Notes: generated from the sequence alone by a model not told the origin. Positions 7,201 to 16,415 are shown, counted from the first letter of the stretch. The stretch: 64,000 bases of DNA from Alphaproteobacteria bacterium (GCA_043757405.1 JAYVPI010000016.1:143623-207622); one strand, 5' to 3'. Program-made: numbers and translations.

Positions 7201-7833
7201 TTAATTAAACAGCAAATTTTGCACAAAGTTTTCCATGCCTGGATATCGGGTGCGTTTCAGGCGTTCGGCTTGGACGATTTTTTCTACGTCGGCCATGGCT
7301 TGTTCCAGGTTTTCGTTGACGATTACATAATCATATTCGTTCCAGTGGGAGATTTCTCGGCTGGCTTTTTTCATGCGTTTTTGCACGACTTCCTCAGCGT
7401 CCTGGGCGCGGGTGCGGAGGCGTTTTTCCAGTTCTTCCATTGAGGGGGGGAGAATGAAAATGCTGACTAATTGCTTTTCCAGTTTGCTGCGTAATTGTTG
7501 TGTGCCTTGCCAGTCGATATCAAAAACCACGTCCTTGCTTTCGTTTAAGCGTGCGTCGACGAAGCTTTTTGGGGTGCCATAGAAATGGCCGAAGACTTCG
7601 GCGTGTTCCAGGAAATCGCCTTTGTTGATCATCTCTTTGAATTTATCTTTGCTGACGAAATAATAATCTTCGCCGTCAACTTCGCCATTGCGTGGCGGGC
7701 GGGTGGTGCAGGAGACGGACATTTCGACTTCCCTGTCGCTCTCCAAAAGTTTGCGGCTGATTGTGGTTTTGCCCGCACCCGAAGGTGAAGATAATACCAC
7801 GCATATTCCTTGCCTATTGCCAACCCGTAACAT
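7201..7833 (-). CDS. gmk: Guanylate kinase
   Basis: P-loop SSPSGAGKTT, then TTRPPRNGEVDGEDYYFV and FLEHAEVFGHFYGT. Confidence 0.9.
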   Translation of the reverse strand: MLRVGNRQGICVVLSSPSGAGKTTISRKLLESDREVEMSVSCTTRPPRNGEVDGEDYYFVSKDKFKEMINKGDFLEHAEVFGHFYGTPKSFVDARLNESKDVVFDIDWQGTQQLRSKLEKQLVSIFILPPSMEELEKRLRTRAQDAEEVVQKRMKKASREISHWNEYDYVIVNENLEQAMADVEKIVQAERLKRTRYPGMENFVQNLLFN

Positions 7834-7949
7834 GCGCGTATATTAGTCATATATTTTAAATAGGCAAAAAATAAATGCGTGGGCAATTTTACGTAGTCAC
7901 CAGGAAGATTAGTTACAATATCGGTAAGCTGTTTGCCGCGATAGCAAAG

Positions 7950-8735
7950 ATGCAGGCGAAGCGTAAGGAAGTGGTTTCTCCGCGGTCGATTTTGATTACT
8001 GGGGCTTCCAGCGGATTGGGGGCGGAGCTGGCGCGGCAATATGCGGGGCCGGGAGTGTTTTTATATTTGAACGGACGCAGCCAGCAGAAATTGGCGGATG
8101 TGGCTGCGGAGTGTATGGCTAAAGGCGCAAGGGTGGAAACCAAGGCGCTGGATGTTTGTGACGATGTGGCGATGGATAAGTGGATCAAGGATTTGCCGCG
8201 GATTGATTTGGTAATTGCCAATGCCGGGATTTCCGGTGGCATGGCGGAAGGTGTAGATAATGACGCGGTGCGCGAGATTTTCTCGGTGAATATCGGCGGC
8301 GTGTTGAACACAGTTTTGCCGATGGTGGATAAGGCGCGGAACCAGAACACTGTTGACGGATATCGCGGGCATATTGCGGTGATGGCGTCATTGGCGGGTT
8401 TGCGGGCTTTGCCTAGTGCGCCGGCATATTCGGCGAGTAAGGCTTGCGCTACTGCTTATGCGGATGCGTTGCGCGGGGTGTTACGGAAAGATAAGGTTTT
8501 GGTGACTACAATTGGGCCGGGATATATCAAGACGCCGCTGACGGCGATTAATAATTTTCGCATGCCAATGTTGATGGAAGTGGCGGATGCGGCGCATGTT
8601 ATCCGCTATGGATTGTGGAAGCGGCATAGGCGGATTTATTTCCCGAAGCGGATGTATTATCTCATACGCTTTGTGAATATGTTGCCATTATGGCTGACTG
8701 ACCCGATTTTTCGGAGTTTGCCGAAGAAAGGATGA
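7950..8735 (+). CDS. SDR-family oxidoreductase
   Basis: ORF track 7875.., trimmed to the ATG at 7950 so that the Rossmann motif ILITGASSGLG lies near the N-terminus. NAG and YSASK active-site motifs are present. Confidence 0.8.
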   Translation: MQAKRKEVVSPRSILITGASSGLGAELARQYAGPGVFLYLNGRSQQKLADVAAECMAKGARVETKALDVCDDVAMDKWIKDLPRIDLVIANAGISGGMAEGVDNDAVREIFSVNIGGVLNTVLPMVDKARNQNTVDGYRGHIAVMASLAGLRALPSAPAYSASKACATAYADALRGVLRKDKVLVTTIGPGYIKTPLTAINNFRMPMLMEVADAAHVIRYGLWKRHRRIYFPKRMYYLIRFVNMLPLWLTDPIFRSLPKKG

Positions 8736-8747
8736 ATCCTATACCAA

Positions 8748-8827
8748 CTGTCATCCCGCACTTGTTGCGGGACCTATTGCAAGATTCGGTATATGTAAAT
8801 AGACCCCTCAATAAGTGCGGGGCGACG
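8748..8827. repeat. MITE-like element, CGTCA(C/T)CCCGCACTTGTTGCGGG subfamily
   Basis: CTGTCATCCCGCACTTGTTGCGGGA ... CCCCTCAATAAGTGCGGGGCGACG are imperfect inverted arms. The same arm sequence occurs at 13306 and 27371. Confidence 0.75.
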
Positions 8828-8844
8828 TTCCTGAGGGCTATGCC

Positions 8845-9435
8845 ATGATTGATACAGGTGATAAGATTTATGCGGTTGTGTGGAGCGCGATTATTATTTC
8901 GGCGCTGTTGAGCCGTGGGCGCGGGCAATTTAAGCGAGGGGCGAAAATGGCGCTTGGCTGGCTGGTGATTATCGCGGTGGTTTTTGGCGGCGTGGTTTAT
9001 TGGCCGGAGCTTAAGAACAGCAAATTTTATAATTCACTGGTGGCGGGTAGCGCGGCGGTTAATGAGGATGGCAGCATGGAATTCTCACGCGCGGATGACG
9101 GGCATTTTCATATCAATGCGTTAGTAAATGGAGTGAGTGTGGAATTTATGGTGGATACCGGCGCGGCGGATATTGTGCTGACGCGGGAGGATGCAAAGCG
9201 GGTGGGGTTTTATGAGAGTGAGCTGGTGTTCAACAAGATTTTTACCACAGCGAACGGCCGCACGCGCGCGGCTTCGGTGAAGCTGAAGAATCTGGAGATC
9301 GGGAAATATCAGAGTGGGGAAATCTATGCTTCCGTCAACGAGGGCGAGTTGGATGTTTCGCTGCTGGGGATGAGCTTTTTGGATCGGATGCGGAGTTTTA
9401 GGGTTGAGGGGGATTGGCTGATTCTAACTCCATAA
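8845..9435 (+). CDS. Retropepsin-like (clan AA) aspartic protease, TIGR02281 family
   Basis: The track ORF begins at a GTG inside the repeat and is trimmed to the ATG at 8845. Two N-terminal TM helices are followed by FMVDTGAADIVL (DTG catalytic motif) and LLGMSFL. Confidence 0.75.
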   Translation: MIDTGDKIYAVVWSAIIISALLSRGRGQFKRGAKMALGWLVIIAVVFGGVVYWPELKNSKFYNSLVAGSAAVNEDGSMEFSRADDGHFHINALVNGVSVEFMVDTGAADIVLTREDAKRVGFYESELVFNKIFTTANGRTRAASVKLKNLEIGKYQSGEIYASVNEGELDVSLLGMSFLDRMRSFRVEGDWLILTP

Positions 9436-9437
9436 AC

Positions 9438-9520
9438 TGTCATTCCCGCGCAGGCGGGGATTTTTGCCGGTGTCGATTGTGAAACCATCTGCCAAGATTC
9501 CCGCCTGCGCGGGAATGACA
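9438..9520. repeat. MITE-like element with ATTCCC-N8-GGGAAT type arms
   Basis: TGTCATTCCCGCGCAGGCGGGGA ... TCCCGCCTGCGCGGGAATGACA are near-perfect inverted arms. Each arm is itself a small hairpin. The element lies between the aspartic protease gene and sdhB. Confidence 0.8.
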
Positions 9521-9540
9521 TTATTGGTTTACACTGGATT

Positions 9541-10320
9541 TTAAACCTTCCGCGCCACGATCATCTTCTTCGTCTCCGCAATCGCCCGTGCCGGGTTCAA
9601 GCCTTTCGGGCAGGCTTTGGCGCAGTTCATGATGGTGTGGCAGCGGTAGAGTTTGAAAGGGTCTTCTAGGTCGTTTAGGCGCTCTCCCGTGGCTTCGTCG
9701 CGGCTGTCGACCAGCCAGCGATAGGCTTGGAGGAGGACGGCGGGGCCGAGGTAGCGATCGCTGTTCCACCAATAGCTGGGGCAAGAGGTCTGGCAGCAGA
9801 AACAAAGGATGCATTCATATAAGCCGTCTAATTTTGCGCGGTCTTCCGGGCTTTGCAGGCGCTCGGTTGCAGGAGCCGTGGAATCGGCTTTTAGCCAGGG
9901 TTGGATGGATTCTAATTGGGCATAGGCGTGGGTTAGGTCGGGGACTAAATCTTTGACAACGTCCATATGCGGGAGGGGATAAATTTTGGCGTCGCCTTTG
10001 ATTTCGTCGATGGATTTGGTGCAGGCCAGCGTGTTGGTGCCGTCGATGTTCATGGCGCACGACCCGCAGATTCCCTCGCGGCACGAGCGGCGGAAGGTGA
10101 GGGTGGAATCCATTTCGTTTTTGATTTTGATGATGGCGTCCAGCACCATCGGCCCGCATTTGTCGAGATCGACTTCATATGTATCGAGCTGCGGATTGGA
10201 TTCGCCTTCCGGGTTCCAGCGATAGACCTGGAATTTTTTGATGCGCTTGGCATCGGCGGCTTTATAGGTTTTGCCACCTTTTACGACGCGCGAGTTTTTG
10301 GGGAGTACGAATTCAACCAT
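9541..10320 (-). CDS. sdhB: Succinate dehydrogenase iron-sulfur subunit
   Basis: 259 aa with three Fe-S cysteine clusters: [44 protein letters not shown]. Confidence 0.95.
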   Translation of the reverse strand: MVEFVLPKNSRVVKGGKTYKAADAKRIKKFQVYRWNPEGESNPQLDTYEVDLDKCGPMVLDAIIKIKNEMDSTLTFRRSCREGICGSCAMNIDGTNTLACTKSIDEIKGDAKIYPLPHMDVVKDLVPDLTHAYAQLESIQPWLKADSTAPATERLQSPEDRAKLDGLYECILCFCCQTSCPSYWWNSDRYLGPAVLLQAYRWLVDSRDEATGERLNDLEDPFKLYRCHTIMNCAKACPKGLNPARAIAETKKMIVARKV

Positions 10321-10325
10321 AACTA

Positions 10326-10649
10326 TTATTCCATCTCATCTAGAATTTTCTTAACCGTATTTTTTAACTCATCCAAATCATTGTCAACTACAAAGCGAAC
10401 AGAGTCCATTTCTACATCCAAATATTGATGGATAAGGATGTTTCTGAAAGCGACAATTTCTGCCCAGGGTATATTGTCATATTTAGATTGGATGTCTTTG
10501 CTTAACCTGTTAACAGCCTCTCCGATCTTGATAAGCTCATAAATAATTGCCCGCTCAGCGGTGCGCGGATCGTGGTTTTTCTGGTGATGCCGGATTTCTT
10601 CAATCGCATCCAATATGGAAAGAAGATATTCCCTTTCCTTTCTTTTCAT
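10326..10649 (-). CDS. hepT: HepT-like (DUF86/HEPN) toxin
   Basis: The HEPN Rx4H motif is present ([10 protein letters not shown]). The gene overlaps the upstream nucleotidyltransferase gene by 4 nt. Confidence 0.8.
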   Translation of the reverse strand: MKRKEREYLLSILDAIEEIRHHQKNHDPRTAERAIIYELIKIGEAVNRLSKDIQSKYDNIPWAEIVAFRNILIHQYLDVEMDSVRFVVDNDLDELKNTVKKILDEME

Positions 10650-10930
10650 AGCGGTACCGCTTCAGCTAATATATGGGGGCGAAGGCGGTCTTTAAGTGCC
10701 TTTTCGGTAACTACATCAACTTTCGTTTTCAAGAGTTCAGAAAGGGCCATTATATATCCTGCATAAGCAAACCCTAGCGGCCTGGTGAAACTCACCAGGA
10801 AATCCACATCGGAATTTTGCGTCGCTTCCCCGCGTGCTACGGAGCCGAAAACGCGTATGTCGGAAATGCCATAATTTTTCGACACGGCAAGGATTTGCGG
10901 CTTATATTCGCGGAGCTGATCGAGGTTCAT
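10646..10930 (-). CDS. mntA: MntA-like nucleotidyltransferase antitoxin
   Basis: The minimal NTase motif FGSVARGEATQNSDVDFLV is present. The gene is paired with the HEPN gene. Confidence 0.8.
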   Translation of the reverse strand: MNLDQLREYKPQILAVSKNYGISDIRVFGSVARGEATQNSDVDFLVSFTRPLGFAYAGYIMALSELLKTKVDVVTEKALKDRLRPHILAEAVPL

Positions 10931-10995
10931 AAAGTGGATTATAGGGGGGCGGAATTAAGAATAAATGAAATTATGCAAATAGAGGCTGTTCTCAA

Positions 10996-11397
10996 TCATT
11001 TTGTCCGGCTTTCTACCACAGGTTCCCGCTTTTGGGATGCATAAGTTTCGATTTGCTTTTTTACGGCAAGTATAAAATCCACTACCGGTTCATAAAGACC
11101 TGCTTTAGCATGGGTTAAATCACTGTCTGTTTCAGTCGGTGGTGCGGTATAAATTGTAGCTTCAGCCCATATTAAGTTGCATAAATCTATTGATAATTCG
11201 TAGCTGCGGTCCATTCTTAAACAAATAGTTTGTAGCCTTGTACCTAATTCATGTAGCGCGGAATTTATTGATCGGGCGTCATTAGGAGATTTATCAATTA
11301 AATTCGCGGTTAGTTCTCTTAATCGGACATGATAAAAATCAAATACCAATTTTTCAATTGATTCTAGTTCTTGAGGCAATGGCTTTAATTTCTGCAT
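10996..11397 (-). CDS. Hypothetical helical protein between sdhA and the TA pair
   Basis: A 133-aa ORF, AT-richer by eye, with no family recognised. It runs in the same direction as sdhA and sdhB. Confidence 0.5.
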   Translation of the reverse strand: MQKLKPLPQELESIEKLVFDFYHVRLRELTANLIDKSPNDARSINSALHELGTRLQTICLRMDRSYELSIDLCNLIWAEATIYTAPPTETDSDLTHAKAGLYEPVVDFILAVKKQIETYASQKREPVVESRTK

Positions 11398-11430
11398 AAT
11401 TGTTGATTATGCCAGAATCTTTAATGTAAA

Positions 11431-13287
11431 TCAATAAGTCCGCTTCTTCGCCGGAACCACCTCACACTCATCAGTCAGCGTATACATATGCACCGGCCGG
11501 TAATCGATTTTATGGCTGCCCTTGTCGTCCAGCCAGCAGATTGAGTGTTTTTGCCAGTTTTTGTCGTCGCGTTCCGGGTAGTCTTCGTGGGCGTGGGCGC
11601 CGCGGGATTCGTGGCGGTTTTCGGCGCAGACGATTGTTACCAGGGCTTGGTCGCGCAAGTTGTCCAGTTCCAGCGCTTCCATCAGGTCGCTGTTCCAGAT
11701 CATGCCGCGATCGGTGGTTTTGATGTCGCTGAAAGCGCTGTGGATTTTTTGCATTTTGGCGACGCCTTCTTTTAAACTTTCAGCAGTGCGGAAAACGGCG
11801 GCGTGTTGTTGCATGGTTTTTTGCATGCTTAAACGCAAATCTGCGGTTGGCACTGCGCCGTTGGCGTGGCGGATTTTATCGAATCTTGCCATGGCTTTGT
11901 CACTGCAATTTTTCGGGAGATCGCGATTTTTTTGGCCAGGTTTGATGATTTCCTTGGCGCGGATGGCGGCGGCGCGGCCAAAGACTACCAGGTCGAGGAG
12001 GGAATTGGAGCCGAGGCGGTTGGCACCGTGGACAGAGACGCAGGCGGCTTCACCGATGGCCATCAGGCCCGGGACTATTTCACCGTCGGATGACCCGCCC
12101 CCGGCCCCTCCCTGAGGGAGGGGGGAAGATAAGCCTCCTCCATCAGGGAGGAGGTTGGAGGAGGGTTTTTTGGTCATGACTTCGCCGTGGACATTAGTGG
12201 GGACGCCGCCCATGTTGTAATGTACGGTGGGGAGAACTGGGATTGGTTGTTTGGTGACGTCTACTCCGGCAAAGATTTTGGCGGATTCAGAAATTCCGGG
12301 GAGGCGTTCGTGCAGGATTGCCGGGTCGAGATGGTCGAGGTGTAAGAAGATATGGTCTTTATGTTCGCCGACGCCACGGCCTTCGCGGATTTCCATGGTC
12401 ATCGAGCGGGAGACGACATCGCGTGAGGCTAAATCTTTGGCGTTTGGCGCGTAGCGTTCCATGAAGCGTTCGCCGTTCGAGTTCACTAAATATCCGCCTT
12501 CGCCGCGCGCGCCTTCGGTGATTAAGCAGCCAGCGCCATAAATTCCGGTGGGGTGGAACTGGACGAATTCCATATCTTGTAATGGCAGCCCAGCGCGAAG
12601 GGCCATACCGCCGCCGTCGCCGGTGCAGGTGTGGGCGGAAGTTGCGGAGAAATAGGCGCGGCCATAGCCGCCGGTAGCATTGACGACCATTTTGGCGTTG
12701 AAGCGGTGGATGGAGCCATCATCAAGGCACCAGGCGATGACGCCGACGCATTCGCCTTCGTCATTCATGATGTAATCAAGTGCGAAATATTCGATGAAGA
12801 ATTTGGCTTTGTGTTTTAAGGATTGTTGGTAAAGCGTGTGCAAGATTGCGTGGCCGGTTCTGTCAGCCGCGGCGCAAGTGCGCTGGGCGGTGCCTTTGCC
12901 GTAATCAGTGGTCATACCGCCGAATGGGCGCTGGTAGATTTTGCCTTCCGGAGTGCGGGAGAATGGGACGCCATAATGTTCCAGCTCGATGATCGCGGCG
13001 GGGGCGCTTTGCACCATATATTGGATTGCATCCTGGTCGCCAAGCCAGTCGGAGCCTTTGACGGTGTCGTACATGTGGAAGCGCCAGTCATCCGCGCCCA
13101 TATTGCCAAGCGCGGCAGAAATTCCGCCTTGCGCGGCGACGGTGTGGGAGCGGGTGGGGAAAAGTTTGGTGATGCACGCGGTGCGGAGGCCAGCTTGCGC
13201 CATGCCGAACGTGGCACGAAGCCCAGCGCCACCGGCACCGACTACTACGACGTCATATTCGTGATCGATGATGTTATATGCGGTCAT
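11431..13287 (-). CDS. sdhA: Succinate dehydrogenase flavoprotein subunit, with a 24-aa in-frame repeat-derived insertion
   Basis: Trimmed to [23 protein letters not shown]. The FAD-attachment motif [10 protein letters not shown] and the motif [27 protein letters not shown] are present. The track ORF starts 8 codons further upstream. Confidence 0.95.
   Translation of the reverse strand: MTAYNIIDHEYDVVVVGAGGAGLRATFGMAQAGLRTACITKLFPTRSHTVAAQGGISAALGNMGADDWRFHMYDTVKGSDWLGDQDAIQYMVQSAPAAIIELEHYGVPFSRTPEGKIYQRPFGGMTTDYGKGTAQRTCAAADRTGHAILHTLYQQSLKHKAKFFIEYFALDYIMNDEGECVGVIAWCLDDGSIHRFNAKMVVNATGGYGRAYFSATSAHTCTGDGGGMALRAGLPLQDMEFVQFHPTGIYGAGCLITEGARGEGGYLVNSNGERFMERYAPNAKDLASRDVVSRSMTMEIREGRGVGEHKDHIFLHLDHLDPAILHERLPGISESAKIFAGVDVTKQPIPVLPTVHYNMGGVPTNVHGEVMTKKPSSNLLPDGGGLSSPLPQGGAGGGSSDGEIVPGLMAIGEAACVSVHGANRLGSNSLLDLVVFGRAAAIRAKEIIKPGQKNRDLPKNCSDKAMARFDKIRHANGAVPTADLRLSMQKTMQQHAAVFRTAESLKEGVAKMQKIHSAFSDIKTTDRGMIWNSDLMEALELDNLRDQALVTIVCAENRHESRGAHAHEDYPERDDKNWQKHSICWLDDKGSHKIDYRPVHMYTLTDECEVVPAKKRTY
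12094..12165. repeat. In-frame palindromic insertion inside sdhA (RPE-like)
   Basis: 72 nt encode [24 protein letters not shown]. The DNA contains the hairpins CCCCTCCCTGAGGGAGGGG and CCTCCTCCATCAGGGAGGAGG, related to the element inside murA. Confidence 0.7.
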
Positions 13288-13305
13288 TCTTTCTTCATTC
13301 CTACA

Positions 13306-13425
13306 CGTCACCCCGCACTTGTTGCGGGGTCTGGTTCAAGTGGCACCGGCTTACATGCTGCGCTAATCATCCTTCGCCAAGGCTTCGGATGGCAGGCCGG
13401 ATCGCGCAACAAGTGCGCGATGACG
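13306..13425. repeat. MITE-like element, same subfamily as 27282-27371 in opposite orientation
   Basis: CGTCACCCCGCACTTGTTGCGGGGTCTGGTTCAAGTGGCACCG... ends with ...CCGGATCGCGCAACAAGTGCGCGATGACG. The reverse complement of 27282-27371 aligns along most of its length. This copy carries about 29 extra bp. Confidence 0.8.
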
Positions 13426-13491
13426 AATATTATTCATGTAATATTAAATGTGAAGTGATTTTATGCGAATGGTGTTGAATTGAGTTTTTAA

Positions 13492-13746
13492 TTATTTCTT
13501 TGAGACTAATTTTATCTTTGCAGGTTTTGAGAGGGATTTTATTTTGGCTTCGCGGGTTTGGGCGAGGCTGCGGGTTTTAAAGGATTCGGTGTGGAGGAGT
13601 TTGAAGGGGGCTTTGCCGCGCAGGTATTTTGCGCCTTTGCCGGATTCGTGTTCGGCCAGGCGGCGGGTGAGGTCGAGCGTTATGCCGGTGTAATAGGCGC
13701 CGTTATTGCATTCCAAAATATAGAGTTTCCATTTACCACCTGCCAC
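13492..13746 (-). CDS. GIY-YIG nuclease-family protein (YhbQ/UPF0213-like)
   Basis: WKLYILECNNGAYYTGITLDLTRRLAEHESGKGAKYLRGK is the GIY-YIG core. I prefer the GTG start at 13746, because the Ala-rich extension to 13812 overlaps the upstream TPM gene. Confidence 0.7.
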   Translation of the reverse strand: MAGGKWKLYILECNNGAYYTGITLDLTRRLAEHESGKGAKYLRGKAPFKLLHTESFKTRSLAQTREAKIKSLSKPAKIKLVSKK

Positions 13747-14410
13747 TTGCGCCGCCGCCTCCGGAGCTGCCGCCACCACCGCTGAAGCCGCCGCCGCGCC
13801 AGCCGCCGCCACTGGGGATTAGCCAAACGCCAAAGATTATGCGGAAAAGGATGATGATTATGAATATGCCAACAATTAGCCAGGGTGGAATGCCGTCGCT
13901 GTTTTGGGAAATTTCCGGTGGAGCGGTGACGATTTGGCCGCCGCCGAGGACGGTGAGGATAGCTTGGGTGCCGTCGAGAGTGCCGCGTTCGAGTTCGTTG
14001 GTTTTGAATTTGGGGAGGATGAATCTTTGGATTATCTGGCTGCTGATGGCGTCGGTTAATATGCCTTCCAAACCGTAGCCGACTTCGATGCGGACTCGAT
14101 GTTCGGCGGGGGCGACTAATAATAATACGCCGTTGTTTTTATCTTTTTGGCCTAATTGCCAATGGCGGAAAAGTCCGTTGGCATATGGCTCGATTTCGTT
14201 TCCGTCGAGGCTGGGGACGGTGGCGACGACGATTTGTTCCGTAGTGCTGGATTCGTGCGCGGCGAGTTGTTGGGTGAGATCGGATTCGGCTTGGGGCGAT
14301 AATATATGGGCGTTATCGACAACGCGGCCGGTTAGAGTGGGGAATTTTATGGCCGCCAGCGCTGCTCCGGAGATTAGGAACAGTAATAATGCGGTAGTAA
14401 AATATCTCAT
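13733..14410 (-). CDS. TPM-domain (YgcG-like) protein
   Basis: A signal peptide is followed by the TPM pattern (LTGRVVDNAHILSP..., TTEQIVVATVPSL, NGVLLLVAPAEHRVRIEVGYGLEG), a C-terminal TM helix and a Gly-rich tail. Confidence 0.8.
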   Translation of the reverse strand: MRYFTTALLLFLISGAALAAIKFPTLTGRVVDNAHILSPQAESDLTQQLAAHESSTTEQIVVATVPSLDGNEIEPYANGLFRHWQLGQKDKNNGVLLLVAPAEHRVRIEVGYGLEGILTDAISSQIIQRFILPKFKTNELERGTLDGTQAILTVLGGGQIVTAPPEISQNSDGIPPWLIVGIFIIIILFRIIFGVWLIPSGGGWRGGGFSGGGGSSGGGGASGRW

Positions 14411-14986
14411 CTAGAATTGGACTTTTGGCGCGGTTTCGGCTTCAGGGGAGGTGGCGCTGAAGTTGGCTTTTGGTTTGGCGCCATAGATTTTGGCCCAGAT
14501 CAGGCCGGGAAAGGTGCGGATGGTGGTGTTATATTCCTGCACGGTGGTGATGTAATCCTGGCGGGCGACGGTGATGCGGTTTTCGGTGCCTTCGAGCTGA
14601 GATTGCAGAGCGATAAAGTTATCATTGGCTTTCAGGTTGGGGTAATTTTCGGAAACGGCGAGAAGGCGGGAAAGTGCGGAGCTTAATTGGCCTTGCGCGG
14701 CTTCAAACTTTTTGATGGCTTCCGGATCATTTAATTGATCGGCGTTGATAGTGACTTTGGTGGCATTGGCGCGGGCTTGGACTACGGCTTCGAGCGTGGA
14801 GCTTTCATGTTTGGCATAGCCTTTGACGGTGGAAACCAGGTTGGGGATTAAATCAGCGCGGCGCTGATATTGGTTTTGCACTTGCGCCCAGGAGGCGGTG
14901 ACTTTTTCTTCCAATGTTGGAATTTTATTGATGCCGGTGACGGCGAAAATTGCGATGACGGCGGCGATGATCAGGAGCCATTTCAT
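14411..14986 (-). CDS. lemA: LemA-family protein
   Basis: An N-terminal TM helix is followed by QYQRRADLIPNLV, ENYPNLKANDNF and the LemA pattern. The gene abuts the TPM gene, a common pairing. Confidence 0.85.
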   Translation of the reverse strand: MKWLLIIAAVIAIFAVTGINKIPTLEEKVTASWAQVQNQYQRRADLIPNLVSTVKGYAKHESSTLEAVVQARANATKVTINADQLNDPEAIKKFEAAQGQLSSALSRLLAVSENYPNLKANDNFIALQSQLEGTENRITVARQDYITTVQEYNTTIRTFPGLIWAKIYGAKPKANFSATSPEAETAPKVQF

Positions 14987-15041
14987 GAGAAACCTCTTTA
15001 AACGTTTATTTTATAAGTTATATATAAGGCAATAAAGGTAA

Positions 15042-16415
15042 ATGACAATGTTCCAGAATCTATCGGATAAACTTGGCGGCGTTTTTGAGAGGTTGCGCGG
15101 CAAAGCTGCACTTTCGGAGGCGGATATTGATGATGCAATGCGCGAAGTGCGCGTGGCGCTGCTTGAGGCGGATGTGGCGCTTGCCGTGGTGCGGGAGTTT
15201 ATTGCGGTTACTAAGGAGAAGATTACCGGCGCGGAAATTGTGAAATCGATTTCACCGGTGCAGATGGTGATTAAGCTGGTACAGGACCAGTTGACGACGA
15301 TGCTTGGCGGGGAAAATCAGGAGCTGGATTTGAACGCGGCACCGCCGGTTGTGATTATGATGGTGGGGTTGCAGGGGTCGGGAAAAACTACTTCATCGGC
15401 TAAGTTAGCTAATCGGCTTAAAACGCGGAAGAATAAAAAAGTTTTGCTGGCGTCGTTGGATATTTATCGACCGGCTGCGCAGGAGCAGTTGGAGATTCTT
15501 GGCAAGCAGATTGGCGTGGATTCGCTGGAGATTGTAAAGGGGGAAACGCCGCAGCAAATTACCAAACGCGCGATGAAAAAGGCCGAGCATTATGATGTGC
15601 TGATTTTGGATACTGCCGGGCGGACGCATGTTGATGATGAGTTGATGCGTGAGGTCAAGGAGATCGAATCGATTGCCAAGCCGCGTGAGACTTTACTGGT
15701 GGCGGATTCGCTGACGGGGCAGGATGCGGTGAATATTGCGAAGTCGTTTAATGATTTGCTGGGGTTGACGGGGATTATTTTGACGCGGATCGATGGCGAT
15801 GGGCGCGGCGGGGCGGCGCTTTCGATGAAATCGATTACCGGCAAGCCGATTAAGTTTGTTGGGGTTGGGGAGAAGATTGAAGAATTTGAGGAGTTTTATC
15901 CTGAGCGTATCGCCGGTCGAATTCTTGATAAAGGTGATATCGTTTCGCTGGTGGAGAAGGCGGCGGAGCATATTGACGAGGAGGAGACTAAGCGCATTGA
16001 GGCGCGGATGAAGAAGGGGGAGTTTGATTTGGATGATCTGGCGAAGCAGTTTGATATGATGAACAAAATGGGCGGGATAGGCTCGCTGATGGGGATGATT
16101 CCGGGACTGGGGAAAATCAAGGCGCAGATTAATGAGAAACTGGAAGATGAAGCGACGCAGAAATCAATGAAGCAAATGCGTGCGATTATGTCGAGCATGA
16201 CTTCGTGGGAGAGGAAAAACCCGAAAATGTTCAATGGCTCGCGCAAGGTGCGAGTGGCCAAAGGCGCGGGAGTGCAGGTAGCGGAGGTGAACAAGCTACT
16301 GAAGCAACACCGGAATATGGCGGATATGATGAAGAAGTTCGGGAAGATGGATAAAAAGGCGCTGATGCGGAGCGGGCTGGGGAATATGCTGGGTGGCGGC
16401 GGGTTTCCTTCTTAA
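15042..16415 (+). CDS. ffh: Signal recognition particle protein Ffh
   Basis: The N, G and M domains are recognisable: GLQGSGKTTSSAKLA, DTAGR, TRIDGDGRGGAALS, and a Met-rich M domain. The start could also be the ATG at 15048. Confidence 0.95.
   Translation: MTMFQNLSDKLGGVFERLRGKAALSEADIDDAMREVRVALLEADVALAVVREFIAVTKEKITGAEIVKSISPVQMVIKLVQDQLTTMLGGENQELDLNAAPPVVIMMVGLQGSGKTTSSAKLANRLKTRKNKKVLLASLDIYRPAAQEQLEILGKQIGVDSLEIVKGETPQQITKRAMKKAEHYDVLILDTAGRTHVDDELMREVKEIESIAKPRETLLVADSLTGQDAVNIAKSFNDLLGLTGIILTRIDGDGRGGAALSMKSITGKPIKFVGVGEKIEEFEEFYPERIAGRILDKGDIVSLVEKAAEHIDEEETKRIEARMKKGEFDLDDLAKQFDMMNKMGGIGSLMGMIPGLGKIKAQINEKLEDEATQKSMKQMRAIMSSMTSWERKNPKMFNGSRKVRVAKGAGVQVAEVNKLLKQHRNMADMMKKFGKMDKKALMRSGLGNMLGGGGFPS

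Noticed and set aside
12094-12165. The insertions in sdhA and murA, considered as inteins or as frameshift or assembly artefacts.
   Set aside because: At 24 and 33 aa they are far too short for inteins and lack intein splice motifs. The reading frames continue perfectly into conserved blocks on both sides. An artefact cannot be fully excluded without reads.
12823-13458. A 211-aa + strand ORF overlapping the 5' part of sdhA and the adjacent MITE.
   Set aside because: It is antisense to the unambiguous sdhA FAD-binding region and runs through a repeat element. It has no motifs.
13733-13800. The Gly-rich tail of the TPM protein (GGGWRGGGFSGGGGSSGGGGASGRW), considered as another in-frame repeat insertion.
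   Set aside because: Gly-rich C-terminal tails after the TM helix are normal for YgcG/TPM proteins. The DNA is not palindromic and does not resemble the murA or sdhA elements.
13747-13812. The Ala-rich N-terminal extension (MAAAGAAAASAVVAAAPEAAAQ) of the GIY-YIG ORF.
   Set aside because: It overlaps the Gly-rich C-terminus of the upstream TPM gene in another frame. The conserved GIY-YIG core begins right after a GTG at 13746.
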